Positions 1 to 8,428 of a stretch of 64,000 nt of DNA are shown here, in pieces. Position numbers and translations under genes: made by a program. The stretch covers positions 6,922 to 70,921 of the forward strand of contig WYBS01000091.1 of the NCBI GenBank assembly GCA_011525755.1, written 5' to 3'. This DNA is from Planctomycetaceae bacterium (GTDB taxonomy: Bacteria > Planctomycetota > PLA2). The first letter of the stretch is position 1; each line of letters begins with the position of its first letter. The notes under the pieces were generated by a model. The model saw only the letters and a program-made list of their open reading frames with translations. It did no database searches and was not told the DNA's origin.

Positions 1-1055
1 CGCCGCTCGTCCGCCGCCTGCGTGACCTCCTTCCCCGCCGCCCCTTCCTCTTCACGGTCACGTCGCGGTACGGCAAGGAGATGGCCGTCCGGAGGCTCTC
101 GGGCGTGGTGGACGCCATCGCGTTCTCGCCACTCGACCTCCCGCTCTTCTGCCGCCGCTTCCTCCGCCGCGTACGCCCGAGCCTCTACGTGATGGTCGAG
201 ACCGATCTCTGGCCGAACCTCGTCGTCCTCGCGAAGCGGCGCGGCGCGAAGGTCGCGGTCGCCTCCGGCCACGCCGGCCCGCGCACGTTCCCGCGCCCGT
301 TCTGGAGAAGCGTCTTCCGCAGCATCGACCTCCTCCTCATGCAGTCGGAGTCCGACGCGAGACACATCGTCGCCCGCGGGGCACCGGCGGAACGCGTGCG
401 GGTGGCGGGCAACCTCAAGTTCGACGGCGCGGCGCGCATGGAGGCCACCGCCCTCCCCGCCTGGCGCGCGGAGCTGAAGCTTCCCGGGGGCGCGCGCGTG
501 CTCGTCGCCGGCTCGACGCTTCTCGAGGACGAGGCGCCGGTCCTCGACGCGGTGCGGGCGCTCCGCGCGGAGGGCATCGATCTCGTGGCGGTGGTGGCGC
601 CGCGCCGGCAGGAGCGCGTGGCGCCGCTGCTCGAGGCGTGCGCGGCGCGCGGGCTTCCCGCGGCGACGCGAACCGGGGGGGGCTCGGGGGCCGTCCTCGT
701 GCTCGATACGATGGGGGAGCTGCAGCGGGCGTACGAGGTGGCGGACGTCGCGTACGTCGGCGGCGGCTTCACGCCGGAGGTCGGACTGCACAACGTGATC
801 GAGCCGCTCGTCTGCGAGGCGCCCGTGCTCATGGGGCCGCACCGCGGCAAGGCGCGCCGCCTCGCGGAGGAGGTGCTCCGCGCGGGCGCGGGCGTCGAGG
901 TCGTTGACGGCGCGGCGCTCGCGGCGGAGCTCCGCGCGCTCCTCCTCGACGGCGGGCGGCGCGACGCGCTCGCGGCGGCGGGGCGCGGGCTCCTCGCGGC
1001 CCACCGGGGGGCGGCGGACCGGCAGGCGGGGAGCCTCGCGGAGCTCCTCCGGTGA
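1..1055 (+). CDS. waaA: 3-deoxy-D-manno-octulosonic acid (Kdo) transferase, 5'-truncated at window edge
   Basis: Frame is open from base 1. 'FTVTSRYGKEMA...' matches the WaaA N-terminal region 'ITTMTPTGSE'. The C-terminal glycosyltransferase half has 'GGGFTPEVGLHNVIEPLVCEAPVLMGPH'. The neighbouring lpxB fits an LPS context. Confidence 0.85.
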   Translation, partial: PLVRRLRDLLPRRPFLFTVTSRYGKEMAVRRLSGVVDAIAFSPLDLPLFCRRFLRRVRPSLYVMVETDLWPNLVVLAKRRGAKVAVASGHAGPRTFPRPFWRSVFRSIDLLLMQSESDARHIVARGAPAERVRVAGNLKFDGAARMEATALPAWRAELKLPGGARVLVAGSTLLEDEAPVLDAVRALRAEGIDLVAVVAPRRQERVAPLLEACAARGLPAATRTGGGSGAVLVLDTMGELQRAYEVADVAYVGGGFTPEVGLHNVIEPLVCEAPVLMGPHRGKARRLAEEVLRAGAGVEVVDGAALAAELRALLLDGGRRDALAAAGRGLLAAHRGAADRQAGSLAELLR

Positions 1056-2503
1056 GGCTCCGCTCGCTGCTCCTCTGCTGCGCGGCGCTTGCGGCCGCCT
1101 GCTTCCTCCCGTCGGTGCGCGAGACGACGCTGCCGGAGGTCCGGAGCATCGACATGGGCGGGCGGGACAGCCCGGTGCCGCGCTCCTTCGCGTACGTCGA
1201 GGCGCCGAAGCGGGAGAAGGCCACGATCCTCTCGCCCTTCCACGACCTCGCGTACGCGGCCGCCGACGCCGGTCCGGAGGGCTGCCTCTGGGGGCTCGGG
1301 GCGGTCGTGCTCCTCGCGGTCGTGCGCGGCCTCTGGTCGCAGGGCGTCCGGGGCGCGCTGCGGAGGGCGGTCCTCGCGGTGGCGCTCGGGGCGCCGGTCT
1401 GCCTCGGGCTCCTCTATCTCTCGTGCCTCCTCGAAGGACGCGCGATCCGCCTCGGGCCGGACGCGGCGGAGTACGTCCCCGCGAGCCTCCACAACCACAC
1501 CGACGTCAGCACCGGGCTCCTCTCGCCGGGGCAGGTCGTGGCCTGGCACCTGAAGCGCGACTTCCGCGTGCTGAACATCAGCGACAAGGACTCGATCCGA
1601 GGGGGGGTGCGGGGGCAGGAGGCCTACCGCCGCCTCGAGAAGGAGAAGGGGCCCTTCCTGCCGCCGCTCCTCGTGGTCGTCGGCAACGAGTGGCACGGGC
1701 AGCCCGACATCGTGTTCGTGAACACGACGCACGAGCCGACGCTCCCGCCCGAGCCGCCGAAGGACCTTTCGAAGGAGGAGAGGCACGCGCAGCGCCTGCG
1801 CTACCTCGCGGAGCTCGCGCAGCGGATCCACGCGGAGGGCGGAGCGCTCTTCCTCGCGCACCCGTGGTCCAAGGTGCCGGGCGCGATGACGCTCGAGGAG
1901 ATCTTCCGGGCGGGCCTCGACGGCGTCGAGGTCGTGAACGGCGTGATCCACGGCGGCGACGCGCGCATCCGCGCCGCGCTGGACGCGAAGACGTCGCTCT
2001 TCGGCGTGATCGACTACAAGTTCGGGCCCCACGTGACCGCGATGACGCTGCTCGAGGAGCGGCTCGCGCGGACGCCGGAAGGCGTCGTCAAGGCCGTGCG
2101 CGAGGGGCGAAAGCTGGTCCTCTACGCGATCCCGGGCGGCCCCCTGAGCGCGGAGGAGTGGAAGGCGGGCCAGGTCGGGCTCCGTGGCGCGCTCGCCGGG
2201 CTCGACTCGCTCCGCGAGGCGCCGCGCGCGCGGCGCGCGGTCTGGTTCGCGTGGGGCGCGGGACTCCTCGCGCTCTGGTGGCTCGCGACGCGCCGGGAGG
2301 AGGGCCTCGGCAGGAACGCGGGTCGCATTCTCTTCGTCGCCTGCGCTGCCGCGCAGCTCCTCCTCCTGCTGCTTCTCTGGTCGGAGGTGCGTAAGACCGT
2401 CGGCGCGGTGCCGGTGCCGGTCCTCCTCGCCGCGCACGCCGTGATCGCGGTGCCCCTGCTCGCGGCGAGCCACTCCCTCGCGATCCTGGAGCGCAGGCAT
2501 TGA
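1052..2503 (+). CDS. PHP-domain (polymerase/histidinol-phosphatase-like) membrane protein
   Basis: GTG start overlaps the waaA stop (GTGA). 'HNHTDVS' is a PHP metal-binding motif. There are N- and C-terminal hydrophobic helices. GC3 is high. Confidence 0.6.
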   Translation: MRLRSLLLCCAALAAACFLPSVRETTLPEVRSIDMGGRDSPVPRSFAYVEAPKREKATILSPFHDLAYAAADAGPEGCLWGLGAVVLLAVVRGLWSQGVRGALRRAVLAVALGAPVCLGLLYLSCLLEGRAIRLGPDAAEYVPASLHNHTDVSTGLLSPGQVVAWHLKRDFRVLNISDKDSIRGGVRGQEAYRRLEKEKGPFLPPLLVVVGNEWHGQPDIVFVNTTHEPTLPPEPPKDLSKEERHAQRLRYLAELAQRIHAEGGALFLAHPWSKVPGAMTLEEIFRAGLDGVEVVNGVIHGGDARIRAALDAKTSLFGVIDYKFGPHVTAMTLLEERLARTPEGVVKAVREGRKLVLYAIPGGPLSAEEWKAGQVGLRGALAGLDSLREAPRARRAVWFAWGAGLLALWWLATRREEGLGRNAGRILFVACAAAQLLLLLLLWSEVRKTVGAVPVPVLLAAHAVIAVPLLAASHSLAILERRH

Positions 2504-3387
2504 GGCCGTGGGCGGACTTCGCGCTCCGGGCCGGCATCGCGTTCGTCGCCGCGGTCGCGCTCTCGCCGGTCCTCGGCGTCGTCTTCCCGGAGGCCCCCTT
2601 CCACCGGGTGATGACGCGCACCTTCCAGCTCGCGCTGGTCGTCGCGCTCGTCCTTCGCCGCGGCCCCGTGCGCGAGTGGCCGGGAAAGCTCCGCGCGATG
2701 GGATTCCGGGGCCCGGAGCGGCGGAGGCGCGCGCTTCTCGGCGCGGCCGTCGGCGCCTCGGCGCTCGTTCTCGTGCTCGCCGCCTCCTGGCTCCTCGGCG
2801 GGCGCGTGCTCGCGGGGCCGCACCGCGTCCCGTTCTGGAAGGATCTCGGGGAGGCGATCCTCACCGCGGTGTTCGTCTCGCTCTTCGAGGAGATCTTTTT
2901 CCGCGGCTACGTGAAGGCCGCGCTGGGCACATGGGCGAGCGCGGCGTTCTTCTCCGCGATCCACTTCGTGCAGCCGATCGGGAAGACGCCACCCGCCGGC
3001 GCGAGCTACGACCCGTTCCTCGCCGTGAAGCGCCTGCCGGAGGTCTTCGAGGCGTGGACCGAGCCGCGCCGGGCGACCCTCGGGTTCCTCTGCCTCTTCG
3101 TGCTCGGGCTCGCGCTGAACCGCCTCCGGGACCGGACCGGGACGCTCTACCTGGGGATGGGGATCCATGCCGGGGTGGTCTTCGTGATCCAGATCTACCG
3201 GCGCGTCCTCGAGGGGAACCCCACGATCCCGAAGGAAGGGGCCGCCGAGTTCCTCGGGACCCCGGTGCCGGTGTGGATCCACGGCGACGCGCTCATGCGA
3301 GGCGGCGGCGTCCTCCCCCTCCTCGCGCTCCTCCTCCTTCTCCTCGCGAGCTACCGCGCGCCGCTGCCGCCCTGGGCGCGCGCGTAG
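2500..3387 (+). CDS. CPBP family intramembrane metalloprotease (CAAX protease-like)
   Basis: 'EEIFFRG', 'FSAIHF' and 'GIHAGVVF' motifs. Multiple TM helices. Start overlaps the previous stop. Confidence 0.7.
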   Translation: MRPWADFALRAGIAFVAAVALSPVLGVVFPEAPFHRVMTRTFQLALVVALVLRRGPVREWPGKLRAMGFRGPERRRRALLGAAVGASALVLVLAASWLLGGRVLAGPHRVPFWKDLGEAILTAVFVSLFEEIFFRGYVKAALGTWASAAFFSAIHFVQPIGKTPPAGASYDPFLAVKRLPEVFEAWTEPRRATLGFLCLFVLGLALNRLRDRTGTLYLGMGIHAGVVFVIQIYRRVLEGNPTIPKEGAAEFLGTPVPVWIHGDALMRGGGVLPLLALLLLLLASYRAPLPPWARA

Positions 3388-4478
3388 GAGAGCACGACGT
3401 CCGCCGCGACCTCGGAAGGCTTCCTTCCCTTCAGCAGCCGCTCGCGGATCGCCGCGAATTCCCGCCGCTGCGCGTCGCGAAGCGATGCGTCGTCGAGCAG
3501 CCGCCGCGCCGCCTCCGCGACCGCGCGGCCCGAGCGGGTGGGCAGCAGGAACTCCGGCACGACGGTCCTCCCGGCGACGAGGTTCGGCTGCGCGATCGCG
3601 CAGGTGATGTGCGGCTTCGCGAAGAAGTAGCTCAGGGGCGAGAGCCGGTAGAGGACGACGGCGGGGCAGTCGTAGAAGACCGCCTCCATCGACGCGGAGC
3701 CTGACGTGATGAGCGCGACGTCGCTGCTCCGCAGGACCTCCGCGGTGCCGAAGTCGACGACCTCCGCGCCATCCGCGTGGCTCTCGATGAACGCGCGCGA
3801 CTCGGGGCGGCCCGCGGAGACGACGAGCGTCGGGCGCGGCGAGAGGCGGCGCGCGGCGTCGAGCATGACCGGGAGGCAGGCGGTGATCTCGGAGCGGCGG
3901 CTGCCGGGCAGGAGGCCGAGCCGCGGCCGCGGCAGCGCCTCGAGCCGGGAGAGCAGGAGGGGGTCCGGGGGCCGCAGCCGCTCGAACAGCGGGTGCCCGA
4001 TGAAGGTCGCCGGGATGCCGGCGCGGTCGTAGTAGGCCTTCTCGAACTCGTGGATCACGAGCACGTGGCTGTAGGCGCGACGGATCGGCTCGAGCGTGTA
4101 GTACCGCCGGGCCCAGAACTGCGAGCCGACGCAGTGGACGACCGGGATGCCGCGCGCGCGCGCGTGCGCGCCGACGAACAGGTGGAACGCCTGGTAGTCG
4201 ATCGTGACGACGACGTCGGGACGCTCGCGCTCCCAGTCCTCGATGCACGCCCGGAGCGCGCGGCGGTGGGCGGGGATGCGCTTCAGGTTCCCCCAGAGCC
4301 ACATGGCCGCCGTCGCGGCGGGGTCGTAGATCTGGCGGAGCCCTTCATCGAGCATCGCCTTCCCGCCGAGCCCGGCGAACGAGACATCGCCGGAGAGCCG
4401 CTCGCGGAGGGTGCGCATGAGCTGCGCTCCGATCGCGACGCCCGACGGCTCGCCGGCGCTCAGGAAGATCCGCGGCAA
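3351..4478 (-). CDS. lpxB: lipid-A-disaccharide synthase
   Basis: Full-length LpxB-like sequence ('IFLSAGEPSGVAIGAQLM...', 'GIPVVHCVGSQFWA', 'PGSRRSEI', 'LITSGSASMEA'). Confidence 0.9.
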   Translation of the reverse strand: MPRIFLSAGEPSGVAIGAQLMRTLRERLSGDVSFAGLGGKAMLDEGLRQIYDPAATAAMWLWGNLKRIPAHRRALRACIEDWERERPDVVVTIDYQAFHLFVGAHARARGIPVVHCVGSQFWARRYYTLEPIRRAYSHVLVIHEFEKAYYDRAGIPATFIGHPLFERLRPPDPLLLSRLEALPRPRLGLLPGSRRSEITACLPVMLDAARRLSPRPTLVVSAGRPESRAFIESHADGAEVVDFGTAEVLRSSDVALITSGSASMEAVFYDCPAVVLYRLSPLSYFFAKPHITCAIAQPNLVAGRTVVPEFLLPTRSGRAVAEAARRLLDDASLRDAQRREFAAIRERLLKGRKPSEVAADVVLSYARAQGGSGAR

Positions 4479-4589
4479 GGGTCGCGTAGGTTACCGGAGG
4501 GCGCCCGCTGTCGCGTCGTTTGACCCGCCCCTGGGCCGGGCGCCGTGTGCCCGGGCGGGTCCTCTCGGCGCGTGGCGGGCCTCGCGCCC

Positions 4590-4665
4590 GCGCGTGTGCG
4601 AACATCTGGCGCTCCGGGGCGGGGGCCGGGCGGGAGCGGCCGTGTGCGAACATCTGGCACCCGGT
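4590..4665. repeat. two direct copies of the 18-bp motif TGTGCGAACATCTGGCGC (second copy 16/18), about 50 bp apart, in the lpxB/S41-peptidase divergent intergenic region
   Basis: Direct reading. The same motif recurs in reverse orientation at 26283-26431. Confidence 0.6.
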
Positions 4666-4859
4666 CCGCGCGCGAGCGCCGTCGCCGGACGACCGGCCGG
4701 CGACCGGGAGCCCGCGGGCACGAGCATCCGTCGCCGAGGTGGGGACGGACCAAGTCCCCGCGGCAGAGCATCCGCCGTTTCCAACCATTCGCCCTTCCCC
4801 ATACGGCAGGGGTCCGACAGGTTCCCGGCAGCCGGGCCCGGCGGTACACTGGCGAGGCG

Positions 4860-6143
4860 ATGCTCGCGGCGGTCCTCGCGCTCCTGCTTGCGCCCCCGGG
4901 CCCCCCCGAAGTCTGCAAGAGCGACCTCGCGCACGCGTACGACGCGCTCGAGAAGCAGTGCGGCCACCTGCTCGAGCAGAAGGGCGTCTCCCTCGGAAAG
5001 ATCCGGAAGGAGCTCGCGAAGGCGGCGTCCTCCGTGCGCTCCACCGAGGACCACTGGGTCGTTCTCGTGCGGCTCGTCGCGCGGCTCAAGGACGGGCACG
5101 CGGCGGTGCTCACGACGGAGAAGACGAAGGACCTGAAGTGGCCGCTGCCGGGGCTCGACAGGGGGCCCGGCCTCTCTTGGTGCGAGGGCAAGGGGAAGGT
5201 CCATGTGAAGGGGGCGTGGGGGAAGGGAGCCGGCGCGGGCATCGAGGTCGGGATGGAGGTCGTGAAGGTCGAGGGGCTGCCTGCGGCGAAGTGGCTGGAG
5301 GGGCGTGTGGAGGAGATCTCGGACCTCGTCTCGTTCTCCACGCCGCAGCAGGCGCGCTACTTCGCCTGCCACTGGGGGCTCGGGGGCGCCGAGGGCTCGA
5401 CGCTCCAGCTCGAGCTCCGCCATCCGGTGACGAAGGACACGAAGAAGGCGACGCTCACGCGCGGCGACGGCGGGCTCGCGCCCGCGGGGCCGGTGTTCCC
5501 GCCGACGGGGCTCCAGGCGATCGGGCGGAACTCGTACGGGAAGCTCCCGTCGGGCCTCGGCTACATCCACCTGCGCGACGTCCCGCAGACGCTGCCCGAG
5601 GATCTGGACAGGATGCTCGAGGCGCTCGCGGATCCGCCGGGGCTCGTGCTCGACTGCCGCGCGAACGGCGGCGGAGGGTGCGACCACGATGCGGTGTTCG
5701 GGCGGTTCGTGCCCGCGGGCGCGACGCTCAAGTTCGAGAAGGAGTACGGGAGCGCGGGGCCGCGGCCGTACAAGGGGCCCGTGGTCGTGATCGTGGACGC
5801 AGGGGTCCGGAGCGCGGGCGAGACCGTTTCGGGGATGCTCAAGGAGGACGGCCGCGCGTACATGATCGGGCCGGAGCCCACAGCCGGCATGTCGTCCCAG
5901 AAGACGACGATCGACCTCCCGAGCGGACTCTTCCAGCTCTACGTGTCGGTCGGTTCGAACAAGGGCCGCTTCAACAAGGGCAAGGGGATCGAGGGGATCG
6001 GCGTGCCGCCGCACGAGATCGTGCCGTACGACCCCCAGGACCTCGCGAAGGGCGTCGACACGGAGATCAGGCGCGCGGAGGAGCTGCTTCAGAAGGGCTT
6101 CCCGAAGAACGCGGTGCCGTACCACCCGGAGCGGTACAAGTAG
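4860..6143 (+). CDS. S41 family (C-terminal processing/tail-specific-like) peptidase, secreted
   Basis: Signal peptide 'MLAAVLALLLAPPGPP'. The S41 catalytic region has 'PVVVIVDAGVRSAGE'. The ORF extends upstream to 4545, but the ATG at 4860 gives the signal peptide. Confidence 0.75.
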   Translation: MLAAVLALLLAPPGPPEVCKSDLAHAYDALEKQCGHLLEQKGVSLGKIRKELAKAASSVRSTEDHWVVLVRLVARLKDGHAAVLTTEKTKDLKWPLPGLDRGPGLSWCEGKGKVHVKGAWGKGAGAGIEVGMEVVKVEGLPAAKWLEGRVEEISDLVSFSTPQQARYFACHWGLGGAEGSTLQLELRHPVTKDTKKATLTRGDGGLAPAGPVFPPTGLQAIGRNSYGKLPSGLGYIHLRDVPQTLPEDLDRMLEALADPPGLVLDCRANGGGGCDHDAVFGRFVPAGATLKFEKEYGSAGPRPYKGPVVVIVDAGVRSAGETVSGMLKEDGRAYMIGPEPTAGMSSQKTTIDLPSGLFQLYVSVGSNKGRFNKGKGIEGIGVPPHEIVPYDPQDLAKGVDTEIRRAEELLQKGFPKNAVPYHPERYK

Positions 6144-6155
6144 CCGCCCGGCACG

Positions 6156-6845
6156 ATGCGGGAGGTCGGCGTCGTCCTCTGCCTCCTGTTCGCACTCGCC
6201 GGCTGCGCGCGACGCCGCGCCGAGCCCTACGTTGTCGACCGCACGCCGCTCGGAGCCGACGCTCGCCGCCACGGGGAGCGCGAGCTGCGGCGCATGCTCA
6301 AGGACCGCCCCGCCATGGGCCATGGCATCCGCGAAGGCGATGCGCTGTGGGAGTGGACCGTCGGCATGTTCGCCGGTCGCGGCAACGACAGGCCCGTTCC
6401 GTGGAGCGCAGCTCCGCCGCAACCCGGGTACGACGCGGACTGCCGCATGCCGCTCGACGGTTCTGCCGCGGTGATCCGAGTTCGCGCCGACACGGACGAC
6501 CTTGAGGTCCTATGGTCCCGCGCCGCGTACGAGCTGCACAACAGCCAGACCCGCGCCGCGAGCGAGCTGCTGGTTCGCGCCGCGATGGCGGGCTCCATCG
6601 ACAAACAGGCATACGTGGAGGGCGTGACCCGGTTGGAGTACGCCGCCCTCGGAAGGACCTGGGGGTTCTATCGCGCCATCTGGCGCCCGTGGGCGCATGA
6701 GCGTGGCATCCACACGGAGCGTCGGAAGTGGCCGTACCGGCTGCCATCGAGCTATGGGGCCTGGATCGGCGGGTTCGACGACCCGGACGGTTACCCTCGG
6801 GACTCGATCGGGGCGTACTACGACCGCGTCGTGGGGCGGCGATAG
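6156..6845 (+). CDS. hypothetical lipoprotein
   Basis: Lipobox 'LFALAGC'. It lies 12 nt after the S41 peptidase stop. High GC3. No recognisable domain. Confidence 0.5.
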   Translation: MREVGVVLCLLFALAGCARRRAEPYVVDRTPLGADARRHGERELRRMLKDRPAMGHGIREGDALWEWTVGMFAGRGNDRPVPWSAAPPQPGYDADCRMPLDGSAAVIRVRADTDDLEVLWSRAAYELHNSQTRAASELLVRAAMAGSIDKQAYVEGVTRLEYAALGRTWGFYRAIWRPWAHERGIHTERRKWPYRLPSSYGAWIGGFDDPDGYPRDSIGAYYDRVVGRR

Positions 6846-6928
6846 ACCGGCGCACGTGGCACCACCGCAGAGTCGCGCCCGCACGCGTGATGGCCGACCG
6901 GAGTCCTTGCGGATGTTAGAACTGGCGC

Positions 6929-7177
6929 ATGTCCACGGATGAGCTTCTTGCGACCATCCTCCGCCTCCCTCGCCACGAACGCGCGCGGATGGCCGAAGAG
7001 CTGCTGTCGAGCTTGGAGGAGCCTGAGGATGTCGTCGCGGCGGCTTGGGCCGAGGAGCTCCTGCGACGGAGCCGGGCCGTCGCAGAAGGGAAGGCGCAGA
7101 CCGTTCCTTGGGAGACCGCGCGCGCGCAGATCCTGAAGGATCTTGAGCAGAGACGTGCGGGTCGACCTCCATCCTGA
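6929..7177 (+). CDS. putative addiction-module antitoxin (TIGR02574-like 'addiction module component')
   Basis: 82 aa. 'ELLATILRLPRHERARMAEELLSSLEE...AWAEELLRRSRAVAEGKAQTVPWETA' is the typical pattern of this antitoxin family. It overlaps the toxin start. Confidence 0.7.
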   Translation: MSTDELLATILRLPRHERARMAEELLSSLEEPEDVVAAAWAEELLRRSRAVAEGKAQTVPWETARAQILKDLEQRRAGRPPS

Positions 7178-7477
7178 GGCGCTGAACGAACTTCATGCCG
7201 CTGCCGGCTGGTATGAGGAGCGGCGCGCCGGCCTCGGCGACGAGCTTGTCGCTGAGGTGTCGGCGGTGTTGACGCGGATCGCCGACGCGCCAGCCGCGTA
7301 CCCGCGGTGCCCGGGACGGAGAGTCCCGACGTGTCCATCCGCAGGGCACCCGTGCGGAGGTTCCCGTATCTGGTCGCTTTCGAGATGCACGCGGATCATG
7401 CGCTGGTCTTGGCCGTGGCGCATGCGAAGCGGCGACCGCTCTACTGGATTGGACGACTGCGCCGCGGGTCCGACTGA
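7143..7477 (+). pseudogene. ParE/RelE-family toxin interrupted by a frameshift
   Basis: The N-terminal part ('VDLHPEALNELHAAAGWY...LTRIADAPAAYP') is in frame (p-1)%3=2. The C-terminal part ('PGTESPDVSIRRAPVRRFPYLVAFEMHADHALVLAVAHAKRRPLYWIGRL*') is in frame 1, ending at the TGA at 7475-7477. The switch occurs in the CCCGGG run at about 7308-7316. Confidence 0.6.
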
Positions 7478-7500
7478 AGGTCGCGCCCGGCCGGCGCCCG

Positions 7501-7818
7501 CTACCGGAGAATGGCTCCCGCCGCGACCACGAACCACAGCGCGAGCCCGCACACGAACGCGATCGGGATCGAGTAGATCGTCGGCAGCAGGAAGAGGCCC
7601 TTCCGCGCGTCCACCGCGTGCACGGCGAGGTAGAGGCCCGGCGCGACCGCCAGCAGCGCGAAGACGACCGCGCCCCCCGGAGCCCCCAGGTATCGCGCCG
7701 CCGCGAAGGCCATCAGCGTCCAGTAGGCCGCGCCGCCCATCGCCGCGAGCCCGAACCGGCCGCGGAAGTAGATCCACGCAGAAGCCGCGTACGCAAGCGC
7801 CGCCAGGAGCAGGATCAT
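7501..7818 (-). CDS. small hypothetical membrane protein (105 aa)
   Basis: 'MILLLAALAYAASAWIYF...' gives about 3 TM helices. ATGA overlap with the upstream membrane protein. Confidence 0.5.
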   Translation of the reverse strand: MILLLAALAYAASAWIYFRGRFGLAAMGGAAYWTLMAFAAARYLGAPGGAVVFALLAVAPGLYLAVHAVDARKGLFLLPTIYSIPIAFVCGLALWFVVAAGAILR

Positions 7819-8384
7819 CGCCGGGGCGGCACGCGGGCCGCGCGCGGCGCGGGCGCCGGCGGGAGCCGCATTTTCGCGCGCACCTTCGCCGCGTAGGACT
7901 CGACCGTGTCCTCCTCGTCCCTGCGCACGCGCATCACGCGCCCGAGCTCGAGCACGAACGCCTCGTCCCCCTCGAGCGGGTAGTTGTGCGTCTCGATCAT
8001 GAAGCGGATGTTCTCGATGAACACCTTGTTGCTGAAGAAGCGCGCGATGCGGGAGAGCAGGAACGCGATCCCGAGCATCGCCACGACCGTGATGCCGATC
8101 ACGAGCCACCAGTTGTCGAAGCCCGACGGGCCCGGCTTCTCCCCGAGCGCCTGCACCTCGAGGTAGAGGAGCAGCGCGAACCCGAAGAAGCAGAACATGA
8201 ACCCGATCACCGAGTCGAGACGCTGGCTGATGTACTTCCGGAAGAAGCGGCTCCGGTTGACCTTGAACGAGAGCAGCTCGTGCAGGACGTACTTCGGCGT
8301 CTTGATCGAGATGCTCTTCGTGATGAAGAACGTGCCGAGGATCAGGCTGCAGATGGCGATGACGCGGATCGGGTCGGGCTGCAT
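7815..8384 (-). CDS. hypothetical membrane protein (189 aa)
   Basis: Hydrophobic helices ('ICSLILGTFFI', 'GFMFCFFGFALLLYL', 'WWLVIGITVVAMLGIAFLL'). Local GC is lower than surroundings (about 58%). Confidence 0.5.
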   Translation of the reverse strand: MQPDPIRVIAICSLILGTFFITKSISIKTPKYVLHELLSFKVNRSRFFRKYISQRLDSVIGFMFCFFGFALLLYLEVQALGEKPGPSGFDNWWLVIGITVVAMLGIAFLLSRIARFFSNKVFIENIRFMIETHNYPLEGDEAFVLELGRVMRVRRDEEDTVESYAAKVRAKMRLPPAPAPRAARVPPRR

Positions 8385-8428
8385 GTGAGCTCAAGGCCCC
8401 GCGGCCGGCCGAAAGGCTATGGCGGCCC

